Assembly: GCF_018350175.1 (NCBI RefSeq) | Contig: NC_058368.1 | Location: 149,236,001 to 149,300,000 of the forward strand | DNA: 64,000 nt | Origin: Felis catus | Lineage: Eukaryota | Reading direction: 5' to 3' | In this document: piece by piece, positions 26,256 through 40,327 of the stretch | How positions within the stretch are numbered: the first letter of the stretch is position 1 | Layout: every line of letters starts with the position of its first letter | Position numbers and translations under genes: made by a program | The notes under the pieces: model-generated | Database searches by the model: none | Told to the model about the DNA's origin: nothing | Seen by the model: only the letters and a program-made list of their open reading frames with translations

Positions 26256-29200
26256 AATAATATGAATGGACATAAACCTTTGATGGACAAATATAAAAGT
26301 AAAGCATTTTACCTGTGAAAATTGCAATTTTAAGGATAATAATATTAAATCCATCAAAATTCAGTGTGGATTCTTATGTCAGTCTTTGAAGGTTGGCATC
26401 TTCCCTCATATTTCCTGCACTGTCAGTGGAAAGTAGAGTGTTTTATCAACTTCTAGAGAAAAGGCAGTATTCTAAACAGGAACGGTTGACTCACTTTTTT
26501 TTTTTTTTTAAATAATGAGCAGTTTATTGCCATTAAGACAAGAAAATGCAGACAGTCACTTGTAACTCTAATTGCAAGCATTCTAAAATGTCTGTTTGGA
26601 AAATTACCTCTGGTATACTTATGAACTACTTTGAGATATATAAATTACAAATTTTTTTCCAGGAAACTAATCAAATTGTATATAAATATAGCTCAATCAT
26701 CAATTTAAGATACAAAGTTGCTACACTAACTTTAAAGACAGCAAGTATACTCCATTCCCTTACTTATACTTAACGTTTGTTTTAAAACAGCTCAGGCCTA
26801 TGTCTGATATAACAAAACTTTGTGCCTCATTCCAGAAGTAACTGTCAAATTTAATGAATGAATGATTCAATGAGTGAATTAGCAAAATAGCTAACCAACT
26901 AGTAAAGAACATTTATAGAGACAAAAATAGGTACTTTATTAAAGGATTGATCTAGACCTGTTTTTTGTATTGAAAATGTTAATCTTGATTGTGTCAAAAT
27001 CTTTCCAACTAGGATCATTCCTTTCATCTCACCCATTGCCTGAGCTTGGTGTTCTTTCTTCCAGTGACACTGGAAGGATGTTATGTTTACTTTATCGCTT
27101 ATTGAACACTGTTATAATTATCTATATTTTGTGTCCCCTACTAGACTCTAACCTACCTTAGGGCCGAGGTCTGTATTCCTGGTAATTGAGCGCTCTACCC
27201 AATATGTAGCATTGTACCAACATTACATGAGTTAAAATGTTTTGGATATATTAATAAACAAGCTCATCTGGAATGAAATGAGTGACTTGGTATAGAGACT
27301 GAGAGGACCAGGGAAGGCTCTCTCAGGATACCACAGTATTTCTTTAGGATAAGGAAACTTTCACCAAGCAGTGGATGCGAGGGACATGGTTTAGGCAACC
27401 ATATGCGAAGCATGAAAATTGGTAATGTTAGCCATTTCCCTTCCTTCTTTTACGTTTATTAGTTCTGACATGTTCTGTGTACTATACCACATAAAATAAG
27501 CATTTTAGTTCAAATGGCTAAACGTATTGACATTGATTAGTAAAAATGTTCCAAAACATCCTCTTCTATCTTCTGGCTGCAAAAGAACAAACTTCAAAGA
27601 AGCAGTGAAATCACCTCTCTGTTCTTCCTGTGTGCCTGAAAACAGTACACATTTATAAATGTAATGGAATTGATTTTTTAAATTACACAATTTGGTAATT
27701 TTTTCTGTAGTCCATTCATATTTTAATTACTTAATCCATTTTCCCTTTAAAAACAGAAGTTACACATACTTGAGTAATGAAATGTTTGTTTTAAGTAAAC
27801 AAAATAGGAGACTAAATTAGATAATAAAATTTCGTACTCTGTTCTTTTTGTCTCACTGCTGAAGCACCTGTCAGCCTATCTTATTTTTAAGTACACAAAA
27901 CACATTACAGATTGTGCCAATAAAACCCAAGAAGGAGCAAACAAGATTAAGCCACATCATCCTTTTTTTCTTATCAACTGAAAATCAATGAACTTAGAAA
28001 CTGTAGTTTTGGTCTTCTACAGGCCAACTGTTGTTCAGAGAAAAACTATACACTGTTACAAAATTTTAGGTAATGCTAACAACCTTCTATATACTCCCAT
28101 TTTACAATTAGCTAGTAATTAGTAACTATCTAAAACTGTTGTATCCTATTTAAGAAAAATTAACTGTTTCTTATTGTTTGATCACCTCCCCTTTCAAAAT
28201 AAATTTTAGATTTAATTTTTGTTCATTGTTTTGTAAATTATGTTTTGAAAATTTAGAATATGCTCCTTGCTGCAGGCACCAGAGTGAAGTGAAATGGAGC
28301 ATTAAGGCTTGTGCCACAGTCTGTTTCCTCGACTCAGTTATCTCTATATTTCACAAGGAAAAGATTTGACCTAAGTACTTTATTTCATTGTTGTTACTTT
28401 TTGATATTTGAAAAGTGTTCCGCTATTTCCTTAAAATCATATTGAATACTATAAGCAAATCTTAATATACTACACATTATTAAAGACATGAGATAGCATT
28501 TTCTTGAAAAATTGATTGTGAATTTTTTGCATTTGTTTTTTCTGGCCCATCCAAATTTTCCTTACATTATTTATAATTTTAATTGCCTCATTAATAAGGT
28601 CACATGCCATTAGACTACTATATGTAACATTGTGTGTAATACGTGCACAAAGAGAATCACTTGTACAAAAAAAAGCTAAAATTGTAAAATTTTAGCATGG
28701 AAGCCTTAAATTACTCTGTAAAATTATATTTACACAGTAATATGTTTGAAAGGGATAAAAATGATTTATTGCCAGAAACAATAAAATTTTGTGAAAAAGT
28801 AAAAAAATGTATCATGTTTTCTTGTATTTTCAATTTGACCATACCTTTCTAGCCAATATGGAAGAAGTGAAACTGTTGTTTAAAAATTATTATTGAATAT
28901 GCTAATTTCAAATAACTAAAAAAGATGTAATCTAAAATATAATATATAAATTTTATAGTTGCACATATGCCCAGGAAAGAAACTTTTTGTCTAGAAACTT
29001 CCATGACTTTGTAAAATGTACATGGTACAGAAATCACCTGAATATTTTAAATTTTGTCCAGAACAGTCTGTCCTAATTAAACAGAACAAACACAGAGAAT
29101 CTTCCTCCTTCATGTTGTCTGAAATTATCTGTAAAAGCATCATTTCTTTTACTGAAACTTCGATTCTTACTACTTTGGAAAGTCTTCAGAGAACATTAGC

Positions 29201-31381
29201 ACTCCAATATAATGCTAACTCTTATATATTAAAAAGATACTAATTTTAGATCTCATAAAAGGCTATATTTCCCAGAAAGAGTGTGTTTCTTGAGCCTTGG
29301 AAAGGAATGTGCAGAAGAGAAGAGTCACAGCGTGGCATGAACTGGAGTAGAAATCAAAAACAGAAATACTAAGGACGCCATTTTTCTACTTAAGGGCCGT
29401 GTTTAATGTAGGTACTGTGCTCATACACAACCAGGTGTGACCTTGAGATGAGAAGCTAGGAAATCAAGTGTAAAGTTTTTCATTTTCTTAGAGCAATATA
29501 GAGGGAATATTTTCCTTTCATCCTTTCACTTGGACTCAGAAATAACCAGCTATTGTCTGCCCTGAGATATCCACTTAAAATGGTCAGCACTGCAACACTG
29601 AGCAGCTCTGTGTGCATGAGGAAGAGTATTCAGCCTTGTGTCTAGACCCCTCCTCTTTCTAGATATTTAAAACATTCTATGCTTTTTGTTTTCTTTCCAT
29701 CCTTCTCCATTAAATGATGAGTACCTTGAAAAGAGAGAGAGAGAAAAAAAAAAGAAGTTCAAATACAATTCTCATATTCTAGATTGGGATGACCAGAGAG
29801 TGGAAATGACACCCATGAAAAGAAAATTGGGAGGAAGAGTAGATTTGTGGTACAGGCTGGAGTTTCACCAACATAACACATTTGGTTTTACACAGACTGT
29901 CTGTGGTGCTATTATGACTTCATGGGGCAGGGCAAGGGGCTGTATTAAAATCCTCCAATGATGGCAACATTGAGAAAAGTCAGGTTAAGTATAGCAGGTT
30001 TAGGGCATCGCTTTCAAAAAGATGACCAGTTTGGTATCTAAGAGATACCAAATGGAGAACATTTTCTCCATTATCATTATTAAACCACCTTGTCAGACCT
30101 CTTTAATCTTTATGATTTAAACTTTGGAATCCAGCATATTATTTCCCTGATATACATTAATTTGGTATCCTTAATCTTTAACTCCTGTATCTGTCATTCC
30201 TTTCCTGGAATTCCAAGTTATTTAAAGTTGCAAAGTAATCACATCGAATCTGTATATTTTCCACCAAGTTTCCATGACTCACATGAGAGAGAGAGAGCGA
30301 GAGAGAGAGAGAAATCTTATCCTGAACAAAATTATGCAGTTATGTATATATTATCATTTTTCATCTTGCATGTTGCTCTAACCAATCTCTAATTCTTTCC
30401 TGCTTCCAGGAATCAATCCCTGCCACACACACAACCTTCCCTAGAAATGTTGTCTTCTGGAAAGGTCTTGGATTGTGAATTTAAGTCAAATTCTTACTTC
30501 TGTTCTTAATGTGTATCTAAGCCTTTGTCTCTAATTTTAGAATCAAAGATTTTGCTTTCCTTTTGAGAATGATCAGAAAGTACTGGGATTTTTTTTTTTA
30601 TTTCCCTGTAGTCAGGTTTTGTCTAACTTCCCAATATATGCACAAGACTGCTCTGAGAGGTGAATATAATTCAAATCAGTTATTTTACTTCAGATAGTAA
30701 AAACCTGTGTCCTCGGAAAATAACTTTTAATTCATCACCTGTTTTTTATTAACCATAAATTACCTTTAGCTCTACCCTCTCCTACCATTTCCTCCCTTCA
30801 GGATAGAATTTCTACAGCAGGAATGCAAAGAAAAAGCCGGGGCGGGGGGAACCTCCAATTTCAGCTTTTGAGTTCCTGAAAAGACTTTGGAAAATACAGG
30901 TGACACAACAGGTTGAGTAATTAGGGATTTGGGATCTTGCATCCCTGGATACTAAGCTTCAAAAGTCTTATTAATGCTGATGGCTGTGCTATAAGAATAC
31001 CAAATTCAGACTTCTTCAGCAATGACTTGGAATATATAAATTTAAATATAATTTATATATATAATAAATGTATATATAATTTATTTATATAGATATAAAT
31101 ACATATATGTAAAATTTATATATAAATATATAAATTTAAATATAAACTTGGAAAAGTTTATTATAACCTATACATATGCAAATAATACAGAATATAATAA
31201 TAACAACTTACACTTCTTTGATAGTCCTCACACTCAAGGTTTCTTGTGTGGTTCGGGTTCTCACAATAAAATGAACAATATTCTGAGCTAATCTGGTAAG
31301 GGAGGTGTTTTGTCTCACATTTTAAGTTTATATTCTCTTCTTAACAATTAAGCTATTTATCTTTAATAAACTGTATGTGTA

Positions 31382-31588
31382 TTTTTTAATGTTTATTTAT
31401 TTTTGAGAGAGAGAGAGAGAATATGAACTGGGGAGGGGCAGAGAGAGAGGGAAACACAGAATCTGAAGCAGGCTCCAGTCTCTGAGCTGTCAGCACAGAG
31501 CCCGACTTGGGGCTGGAACCCAAGAACCAGGAGACCATGACCTGAGCCAAAGTCAGAGGCTTAACTGATTGAGCCACCCAGGCGCCCC
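31382..31588 (-). mobile_element. CAN-SINE
   Basis: Reverse head gagccacccaggcgcccc, (GA)n and T-tail. Confidence 0.92.
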
Positions 31589-32544
31589 TGTAGAACATGT
31601 TTTTAATCCAATGCTGTGTTTTCCTTTGTTAGTCACAAAGTGCTCAGTACTAGTACTGAGCTCCATAGCTTTTCCAGACAAGCTCAGTAAGAAAACTAGG
31701 AGACTATAAGAAATAGAATGTCTGGGGTTTTTCCTTCATAGGATGGTCTTTCTAGTGACATTAGTCAGAAAAGAAGTTCCTTTCCAGTCAAATGGTGATG
31801 GAATTTCCTAAGGAACTCATTTTTTAAAATCTTGCATGAAAAGCTGAGAAATGTGTGACCAGTGACTCAAGAGGCCAGGAGGGTAGGGGTGCCGTGGTGG
31901 CCTAGGCAGCTTGAGAAGGTATCTTTGGGGCATGCGAGCACAAATTTTGTGGCCTTAATACAAAAGCTGATGATACAAGCAGAGAAAGTGCAGTAACTAT
32001 GAGGAGGGTAGGATTGATCTCAGCATGAAGACAAGAGGGAAAAATAACAGCAGCACAAACAGCAGTGTGGAAGTTATAATAATAGCTGCTATGTATTGCG
32101 CATTGCTATTGCCAGATACAGCGCTAAGCACACGTGTTCACGTAATTAAAAACTAATTGTCTATTTTAAAGGTGGAACTAAGGATAGGTTCATTACCTTC
32201 TAAATGAGTGGCTACCAGAGAACACAGATTCATAAGATAGGAATAAAACAGAAGCAAGTTTTAATATCACTTCCCATCTGCCCTTGATGCATTGTGGAAC
32301 AGAGGGGAGGATCAATGGAAGCTTATAAATGTTCAACACTACAGGCAGTGGATAGCAAACACTGATGATGGAAAAGGAAGCGGGCACTCTGCCAGCAGAC
32401 TGCAGGACACTAAGGCAGTTGGCCCTTCCCTTGTTGAGAAGGGTGAGTCATTGCAGTTATCCAGATGGATCCCAGCAAGTGCAGAAGCATTGGCTCAGAC
32501 TAGGTGTATGTTGACTCAAGTTGCTGTGAAGAGATGGAATAGGG

Positions 32545-32757
32545 CAGTGGTTTTCAATCCAGAACAACTGTTGTCAACAGAGAGGACATTTGGTAACATC
32601 TGGAGACAAATTTGGTTGTCATAACTTGGGAAGTGCTGCTAGCATCTAGTGGGTAGATGCCCGAATTGTAGCCAAGCATTCTATAATGTTCAGGACATTA
32701 CTTCAACAAAGAATTATCTAGCCCAGACTGTAAATGGTCCCCTGTTGAAAAACTTTG
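32545..32757 (+). mobile_element. MER20-like hAT-Charlie non-autonomous DNA transposon
   Basis: TIR-like CAGTGGTTTTCAA...TTGAAAAACTTTG ends, with internal ggacatttgg...tctggagaca...tttggttgtca...gcatctagtgggtaga...caacaaagaattatc. Confidence 0.8.
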
Positions 32758-33664
32758 CAATAGAACACATTTGGCTTTAATTAAGAATACCCAGGCATCC
32801 AAGTTTAAGGTGCTCAGAGGCAATTAACAAATCAATCCTTTTGAAAGTAATATTTTATTGCTAAAAGGAAATTATGGGTGATTTAAATATTCTATATCTT
32901 AATTATGGCATTGGTTAACAAGTGTATACAGTTGTCAAATTCATTGAACAGTACACTCTAAATAGATATGTTTTATTGCACATAATTAGTGGCTCAATAA
33001 AGTGAATTTTAAAAACTAAATCATAATCTCACCCTCAAAATATAGTATTTGTATTTAAATTCAAAAACTGCTACATAATTTGTTCATTGGTTTCAGCAAA
33101 CATTTCAAGGAGTGTCTCTATGGAGACATAGACACATGGGTGACCAGAAGAAAACAAAACTTGGTGCCCTGAGAGCTTACATGCAAGTAGAGCATTAGAC
33201 TTCTTTATATTTCAGAACTACACACTTCAATGGTCAATCCACTGAGAAAGACAGAAAATTAATTAAAAAGTGACATATGGACGGGGATCCCAAAAGGGAG
33301 TTGTTATGGGGAATTTGATAATATAACACTTCGAAGCAGCAAATATGCCCATTAACCCTTCCAGTAACCCTATAAAGTAAGGAACATTATTGTCCCCATT
33401 TGAAAGATACGGGAAGGTCATGCAACTTGCCCAAAGCTAAATAGTTAGGGTAGATTGTGCATTTGAATCCATGTCAGTCTGATTCCAGGTTATAATACAT
33501 CGCCTGAAGTGTGCAACTCTGGGGAAATGTGCAAGACCAAGAAATTATACAAGAATTATGACAATTCAGAACCACTTTAGCAAAGTTCCGAGAGTATATA
33601 TAACAAGTGGAAATTGAATTCTTATAGAGGCACTGTGTAAGATTTCAGGAAGAAACTAGGTCTC

Positions 33665-34055
33665 TGTAGAGGAGATGCTATCTGTTCAACCAAACCGTTT
33701 CCAATTTCCTCTAGGACACACAAAAGTCTCAATTCCTCAGACTCCCTGCATCTGGATGGTAGTATATGACTGATTCAGATAATAGAATTTGGCACAAGTG
33801 GTGCACGCTTGAGCTGGTCCCTCACAACCCTGTGTGAGTCACTACTTTCTCTTTCTTAGCATGGTGGCAAGCAGGGTCAACCCAGAGGACTGAGTGGAGG
33901 CACAAGAGGATGATGACACTTGAATCACCATGTGGAAGATGGCATGCTGAACATCTGATTCCAACTGTGACATAGTGAGAAATAAATCTTCGCTGTATTA
34001 AGCCATTAAAATCGGGGGACCATTTGGTATATTAGCTAGCTTTAATTACCTTACT
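33665..34055 (+). mobile_element. Old MaLR LTR remnant (MLT1 family)
   Basis: tgaatcaccatgtggaaga...gtgagaaataaatctt...ttaagccattaaa terminal motifs. Confidence 0.55.
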
Positions 34056-35085
34056 TAGCCCAGGCTCCATAAAGCAAAAAAGAGAAAACTGATAAAGTAA
34101 GTAATACTGCAACAACTCGCTATGTGACAAAAAATTTATGATGTTTTAGTTTATTTACATGCTAATATTGTTCCAGAAAACATCTGAGGTACAGAACAAA
34201 AAGACACATACCATATAACAAGATAAAATAAATTTAAAATTGGGGAGGAATGTGAAACAAAGGTAAATAAATTTAGAAAAGTAGATGGAGCCGGGAGTGA
34301 GAGACGCGAAATAGATCCATCGTCTCCACTAAAGATAGGTCACACTTTTGGCTCTAACATTCTAGGAACCAGTACAAGGAGGAAATTACAATCAAGTTTG
34401 TTATTCACAGTGCTCATAAGGCAGAAGCAAATCAGCTACCCAGGAGAGGCATGTTTATTCTAGTTTTCAGACCAGAGAAAAATTTGTCCTATGGGGCCTT
34501 AAAAATGACAATGTGAAATGTATTGAAACACATCCTACAAGGAGGGGGTGGGGAAAGAAACAACCTCCACAGTAAACCCAGCAATAAGATTCATAAGTCT
34601 GATATTTATAAAATCTCTTAGTACAAAGTGGTAAGAAGATGCTGAGCACAACTCACGTTCGATGAAGCAGTTTTAGAATGCTGTTCGGTGAGGGTCTAGT
34701 TTAATTGACAGATATGGAGAGAACTGCAAATTAAACCTAACCTACCCTATGGAATAATTTTATAATTAGTTGAAATGATTAAAATAATGTTTGGTGAGTT
34801 CAGTAATAATTTTCTCAAACTGCATAAATATTCTCAAGAAATTCCCATTTTTCTTAATTGTTAGTTCAAAGTGAAAAGCCAAATACAGAAACTGTTATAG
34901 CATAAACAAGCACATCTTGATGGGCTGTATTAACCATATAGTTGCCAATCCATGGTCCAGAGAAAAAGGGGTGCCTTTGATCTAATTTCTGGTCAAAATA
35001 TAGCAGCAGCTTAACATGCATTGACCAGCAGTAATGGACCTGGTTATAAATAAAGATTTCCATAAATCTTTAAAAAAAAGGTTGG

Positions 35086-35291
35086 GGGGCACCTAGGTGG
35101 CTCAGTTGGTTAAGTATCCAACTTCAGCTCAGGTCATGATCTCACGGTTAGTGGGTTCAAGCCCCACATAGGGCTCTGTGCTGTCAGTGGTGTGTCTGCT
35201 TTGGATTCTCTCTCTCTCCCTCTCTCTCTGCCCCTCCTCCACTCGTGCTTTCTCCCTCTCTCAAAAATAAATAAATCTGAAAAAAAAAAAG
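35086..35291 (+). mobile_element. CAN-SINE
   Basis: Head ggggcacctaggtggctcag, (CT)n and A-tail. Confidence 0.92.
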
Positions 35292-36584
35292 ATGGGATCC
35301 TTATTGGCACAATCCTTCACAATCATCACATGTAATGCACCAAAGTTCATTCTATTCCCATTTATTTCCTGTTTTTCTTCTACTCTAACAAAAAAAAAAA
35401 GCATTTCCTTTAGAATGATGCATCAAATTGATTTTCAAAATTCCCTTCCTCACTTAAATTATGTGTTTCTCTAAACTAAATAAATAAACCATTTAATCAC
35501 TTAGTATCCCAGTTATGGAGACAACGGGGAAATGCCATGGTAAATTTAAAGAAACCTGTTCAAAACAATGATAAATACCACTGCAAGTTAAGTCAAGATG
35601 GAGATGGAACATAAATATAGTTAGAATCAATGACTTTCAAATTGAGAAGTGTTAGTTTCTGTATTCATCTTATACAAATGTATCTACCTCTACCTGCCAA
35701 CACTGAATGACAAATAATTATATTAGGAGTTGATCTGTCAAAAAAGTGAATCGTCCTTAAACCTACATTGAGATTAAGAAATAACATTGGAATAAGAAAC
35801 ATGAAATGCTTTTAAGGAAATAATGGTATTCAAAAGTAATGAAACAAGAGGAAGAGTAAAATACACAGCTTGATCAAGTAAGCATTTTTTTAGCATAACT
35901 TTTTCTTCCAGTTGGTCATCACTAAATCATTCAAAAGGCTGGCAGAATATTTTCCAACCCTGATTGCTACAGTGGAATTACATTTTGTCTTTTCCTGAAA
36001 CCAGGTGTTATTTTCCCCTACAAATGTAAAATTTCAAATACAAGTTAACACAGAGTTCTGACTTTAATTCTGTAGTATGAGATATTCTAAAAATTTAAGA
36101 CCAAAAGAAACATGTTAACTTGAGTTTTTCAATGTAGGATAGAAACATAATTTCTTTACTAAAGAATCCCTTTCTAAATAAACTCTAACCTAGTTCTTAA
36201 AAATCTTATATAGTAGCTGTTGAGAGAAATGACAAATATTGTACTTTAATTTTTAGAAATACTGTTCTATATAATGTAACTTCAGTCTCCAAAGACTCCT
36301 CTGGGTCTAGAAAGTACACTGCTCACTCTATGATATACACCCTACTCAGTACTTAAAATAATTGGATTTTATTTTTAAAATATAACTTTGGAGTAAACTT
36401 CATGTCCCTAAAGATGTTTTCTATTTTGTACCAATATGTGAAATGTCTCATTTCTCTTGAAATTCATTTTATAGCAAAAGAGTATCATACTGAATCAAAA
36501 GTTTTCTCTAAGATAATTCACATTTTTCTTGCCAACTATAATGACTAAATTTAGATTGTTAGACCAATAAATAGTGCATGATAC

Positions 36585-37145
36585 CTGTTCCAGGTTTTGT
36601 ACTCCTATATAACAAACTACCCCAAACTTAGCAGCTTAAAACAATATTTTATTTTTTTCTCTTACAGTTCTGGAGGTTGATGGGCTCAGCTGGGCAGTTC
36701 TTGTTTAACATAGCTCATAAAATCATAGGCAAATCATAACTGTGGCTGGAGTCACCTGAAGGCTTCTTTACTCATATATCTGGTGCCCAGGCTAGGATAT
36801 GGCAGGAAGAGCTGGAAGCTGATCTGGCCTATTTTCCCCCTCATTTCCTCCCCCTCCCCCCATGAGCCTTCTCCAAAGGGTTCGCTTGGGTTCCCTTACA
36901 GTCCTGGTACACTCAGGGTAGCTAGACTTCTTACATGGTGGCTGTCTCCTCTCAAGAAAACATTCCAAGTTGCCTGAATGGAAACTTCAAAGCTCTTGAT
37001 AAGTCAGCCTCAGAAATATCTGAATGTTACTCTATTGCATTCTATTGGTCAAGCAGGTCTCTAAGGTCAAGAGTGGGGGGAGTTAGAACCCACCTCTCAA
37101 AGGTAAGAGTTACAAAGAAACTGTGGCCATCTTTAATTTACCACA
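36585..37145 (-). mobile_element. Old MaLR LTR (MLT1 family)
   Basis: taacaaactaccccaaacttagcagcttaaaacaa...gggctcagctgggcagttct...ggctggagtcacctgaaggct...attctattggtcaagca motifs. Confidence 0.7.
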
Positions 37146-37834
37146 CACAATGCCTATTCAAAAAAGAAGATTAACAAATTTCTTAAAACTTTTCCTTCCC
37201 TCCATAGCGAATTTTAAGAGATTGAGATTAGCTTAAAACCCCAAAACTCAGAGTATCTTAGCTATTTAACTAATTTATTAATTGGTCACTAATTAGCAGT
37301 GAAGAAAAATGATATGGAAACTAATAAGAAATTTTCCCTAGAGTTCAGTTTGGCTTTATGACAAAAACATTCTTTAGAAAATATTTTTAAATAACTATCA
37401 AGAATGTGTTCTGTGGGTAATATCTAGCCATTAACAAAAAGGTGAGTAATCATGCAAGGAATAAGTGATCTCATCAACTTTCAACCCCATTCCATTTACC
37501 TTCTAGTTACCAAGAGCATCAAAAAGCTGCACCGTGACTTTCTGAGGGTATTTAGCACTCCCTGAATTATGCCAGCTGCTGTATCACCATCAAATGGAGC
37601 CACTCTGCTTCCCAGATGTTCCATGTTTTGATATGTTCAGCACAGTCATTTTCGTTACCCCTAGAGAATTACATTAGAAGCATCATCTGACAGAAAGGTA
37701 TGTATTAAGCAAAGATAAATGTTTTATGTAACATAACTGATTCCTAAATATAGATTGATGATAAGAAAGTGTGTTCTTCCAATGGCAGGTGATTTCCTTA
37801 AATAAAATGGCTGTGTTACTTCTAGGTGTCTGTC

Positions 37835-38600
37835 CTGGTAATTCACTATTGCTTAACAAACTATTTAAATTTAAATTTAACTTAACAAATTTAAATTTTT
37901 CTAATATTTATTTATTTTGAGAGTGAGAGAGAGAGCACGCACACACGCATGAGCAGGGGAAAGGCAGAGAGAGATGGGGAGAGAGAGAGAAGCCCAAGCA
38001 GACTCTGCACTGTCAGCACAGAGCCTGACATGGGGCTCAATCCCACAAATGGTGAGATCATGACCTGAGCCAAAATCAAGAGTCAGAAGTTTAACTGACT
38101 GAGCCACCCAGGTACCTCCAAACTATCACAAATTTAATGGCTTGGAAGAACAATCATTTTATTTTATCTCACAAATTTGTAGATCAGCATTTTGGGCAGA
38201 GCTCTACTGGGCAACTCTTCCTCAAATCGCATTGACCGGGGACACTCACTGATGAATTTCAGCAGGCAGCTGGACTGAACTGGAGGATCCGGGATAACTC
38301 ACTCCCATGCCTGACACCTGAGCTGACCCCTTTTACCTACTTTTGGTCGACTTCTGGGGATTCTCCAGGAGGCCTCTCCATAAAAGTAGTCAAACTTCTT
38401 ACACGAATGTTCAGAGTTCCCAGGGCAAGTGTTCCAAAAGACAGGAAAGGACACTGTCAATATCATAAGACCTGGGCAGGACACTGGTACAGTGTCACTT
38501 ATAACAAATTCGCTTGGTCAAAATAGTCAGAGTCCACCCAGATTTGGGATGAGAAGGCAGGCTCTATATCTTGATGAAAGGATTTGCAGCTATCCATTTT
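37835..38600 (-). mobile_element. Old MaLR LTR (MLT1 family) interrupted by a CAN-SINE
   Basis: attgcttaacaaacta...[SINE]...aatttaatggcttggaagaacaatcatttt...ctcacaaatttgtagatcag...tgggcagagctc motifs. Confidence 0.6.
37897..38119 (-). mobile_element. CAN-SINE
   Basis: Reverse head gagccacccaggtacctcc and (GA)n; inserted in an MLT1 LTR. Confidence 0.9.
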
Positions 38601-40245
38601 GGCACAGGGCCCATGAGGAGGCTGACGGTTCTGAGGCCATTTGCTAGAATCTATCCTGGATTTCCCTTTGGAGTTAGACGAAAGCCAGATATGCAGGGGA
38701 GACTCAAACAGTACGAATTAGAACTAACAGTGAACCAAATATACAGGGGATATTACATTCATTAGACTGAAAGGGACAATTCAGAAATACTAAATGTGAA
38801 AACATTTCCCAATTATAGTCAGATAAGAATCCTTTAATATATAAAAGCCCTGAACAGGACATTTAAAAAATTTTAATGTCTTACATCCTCTATTAGGAGG
38901 AGAACATCAGTTATAATGCATTACATGCGTCTCTACTTAATCAGAAGTTACTTGTAGAAATAAACTTATTAATTTTTTAAAGTGGAGTTTTTTTTGCGGG
39001 GGCAGGGGGCGGTTGGAGATGGGGAAGCATCACTTTTCTCTTACAGAAGATAAGTAAAGTATATGTTAATGTATATATTTTATACCCAGTTTTCAAAGCA
39101 AGACTTTATTTACTGCTGCTGTATTAATGAGCCATCTAGGGCAGTATATGCTCTCCCACAGATGAATAACATAAAACTTAGGTTAGCAGGGCTCTTCACA
39201 ATTTAACCTAATACCACTTTCCCAGCCTTATATATCACTTCCCAATCCCACTAGTCAAAGACCACCAGAAACACACTTACAATTGAACAAGCTGGGTTAT
39301 TACTCACTGCATCAAGGGAAACCAAATACCATGAAGAGCTATGGGCATCTCGGTAAAAAGATGTCAAGACTTAACAAGATTTGGGCTTGTTTTCTGTGAC
39401 TATGTCTATCTTACCAAATCTCACTTAGCAAAAAGAAAGACTAATCCAAGGTTAAGGTGGTAATTGGTGAAGAGACAGAACTCATCATGTTAGACTGGAT
39501 ATGGTGATGTTTGGTCATTTTTGTTACTTGGACAATGTTATGTTTTGTCTATGTTCAGATATGAAAATGGAGTGACCTTACTCTTTCCTTGATCCATCAC
39601 TGACACAGAGTAACTTCGTCTGAGGCTGATGTTCTGTGAAATTGTTTATGTTCAGCAGAACACCAATCCTCAGGCCAGGCTAACTCCAGATAGAAGAAGC
39701 TGCTTTTCTCTTTCACTCTCTGAACATGCCATACATCGGCCTTGAGTTTGCTCTGCCCTGTCTCTAATTCTCTTCTATTTAATAACCTATATTTTTCAGG
39801 AATCCTTCCCTTAGCAATTCATCTCAATTTTCTCTCCGACATATTTTGTACTACACAGTGTTTGGTTACTTCTTCAAAGTAAACTTCAAAGTTTATGCTT
39901 TGTTTCCTCTTATAAGATCACGATATACACCTCTCTCAGCGCTGGCAAAGTACTGCAAATCACAGGCTCCTAGCATTAAAAGAAAACAAACAAAAAATCC
40001 CCAAAAAAGAAGAGGTAAAGGTTTATTTTTGTGTCCCATAAACTCGGTGAGACTGCGTCACTCAATTCAGTACTACTGTTCTGGAATCCGGCCCCCAAAA
40101 TCCTGATCAGAACTCGACAAGAAATCAGGTTTGACTAAATTGCACGTAGAAACCCCTTGGGCTCTTACCCTCCCGGCCTCCCGAACACACACACACACAG
40201 CCAGTACCTCCACCCGACCCCCACAAGCAATCCGGCTCTCGCGTC

Positions 40246-40317
40246 GGACTACGTTTCCCATAGTCCTTCAGAGCCGACAAGGCGATGCCGCGTTCTGAAC
40301 TACAATTCCCACAATCC
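40246..40317 (+). promoter_or_regulatory. Two tandem ACTACRnnTCCCA (ZNF143/THAP11-HCF1 type) motifs
   Basis: GGACTACGTTTCCCATAGTCC at 40246-40266 and AACTACAATTCCCACAATCC at 40298-40317. Confidence 0.75.
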
Positions 40318-40327
40318 TCAGACCCCA

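Noticed and set aside
39250..39720. Possible old LTR just upstream of the CpG island
   Set aside because: It looks LTR-like, but I could not define termini, TSD or family with confidence.
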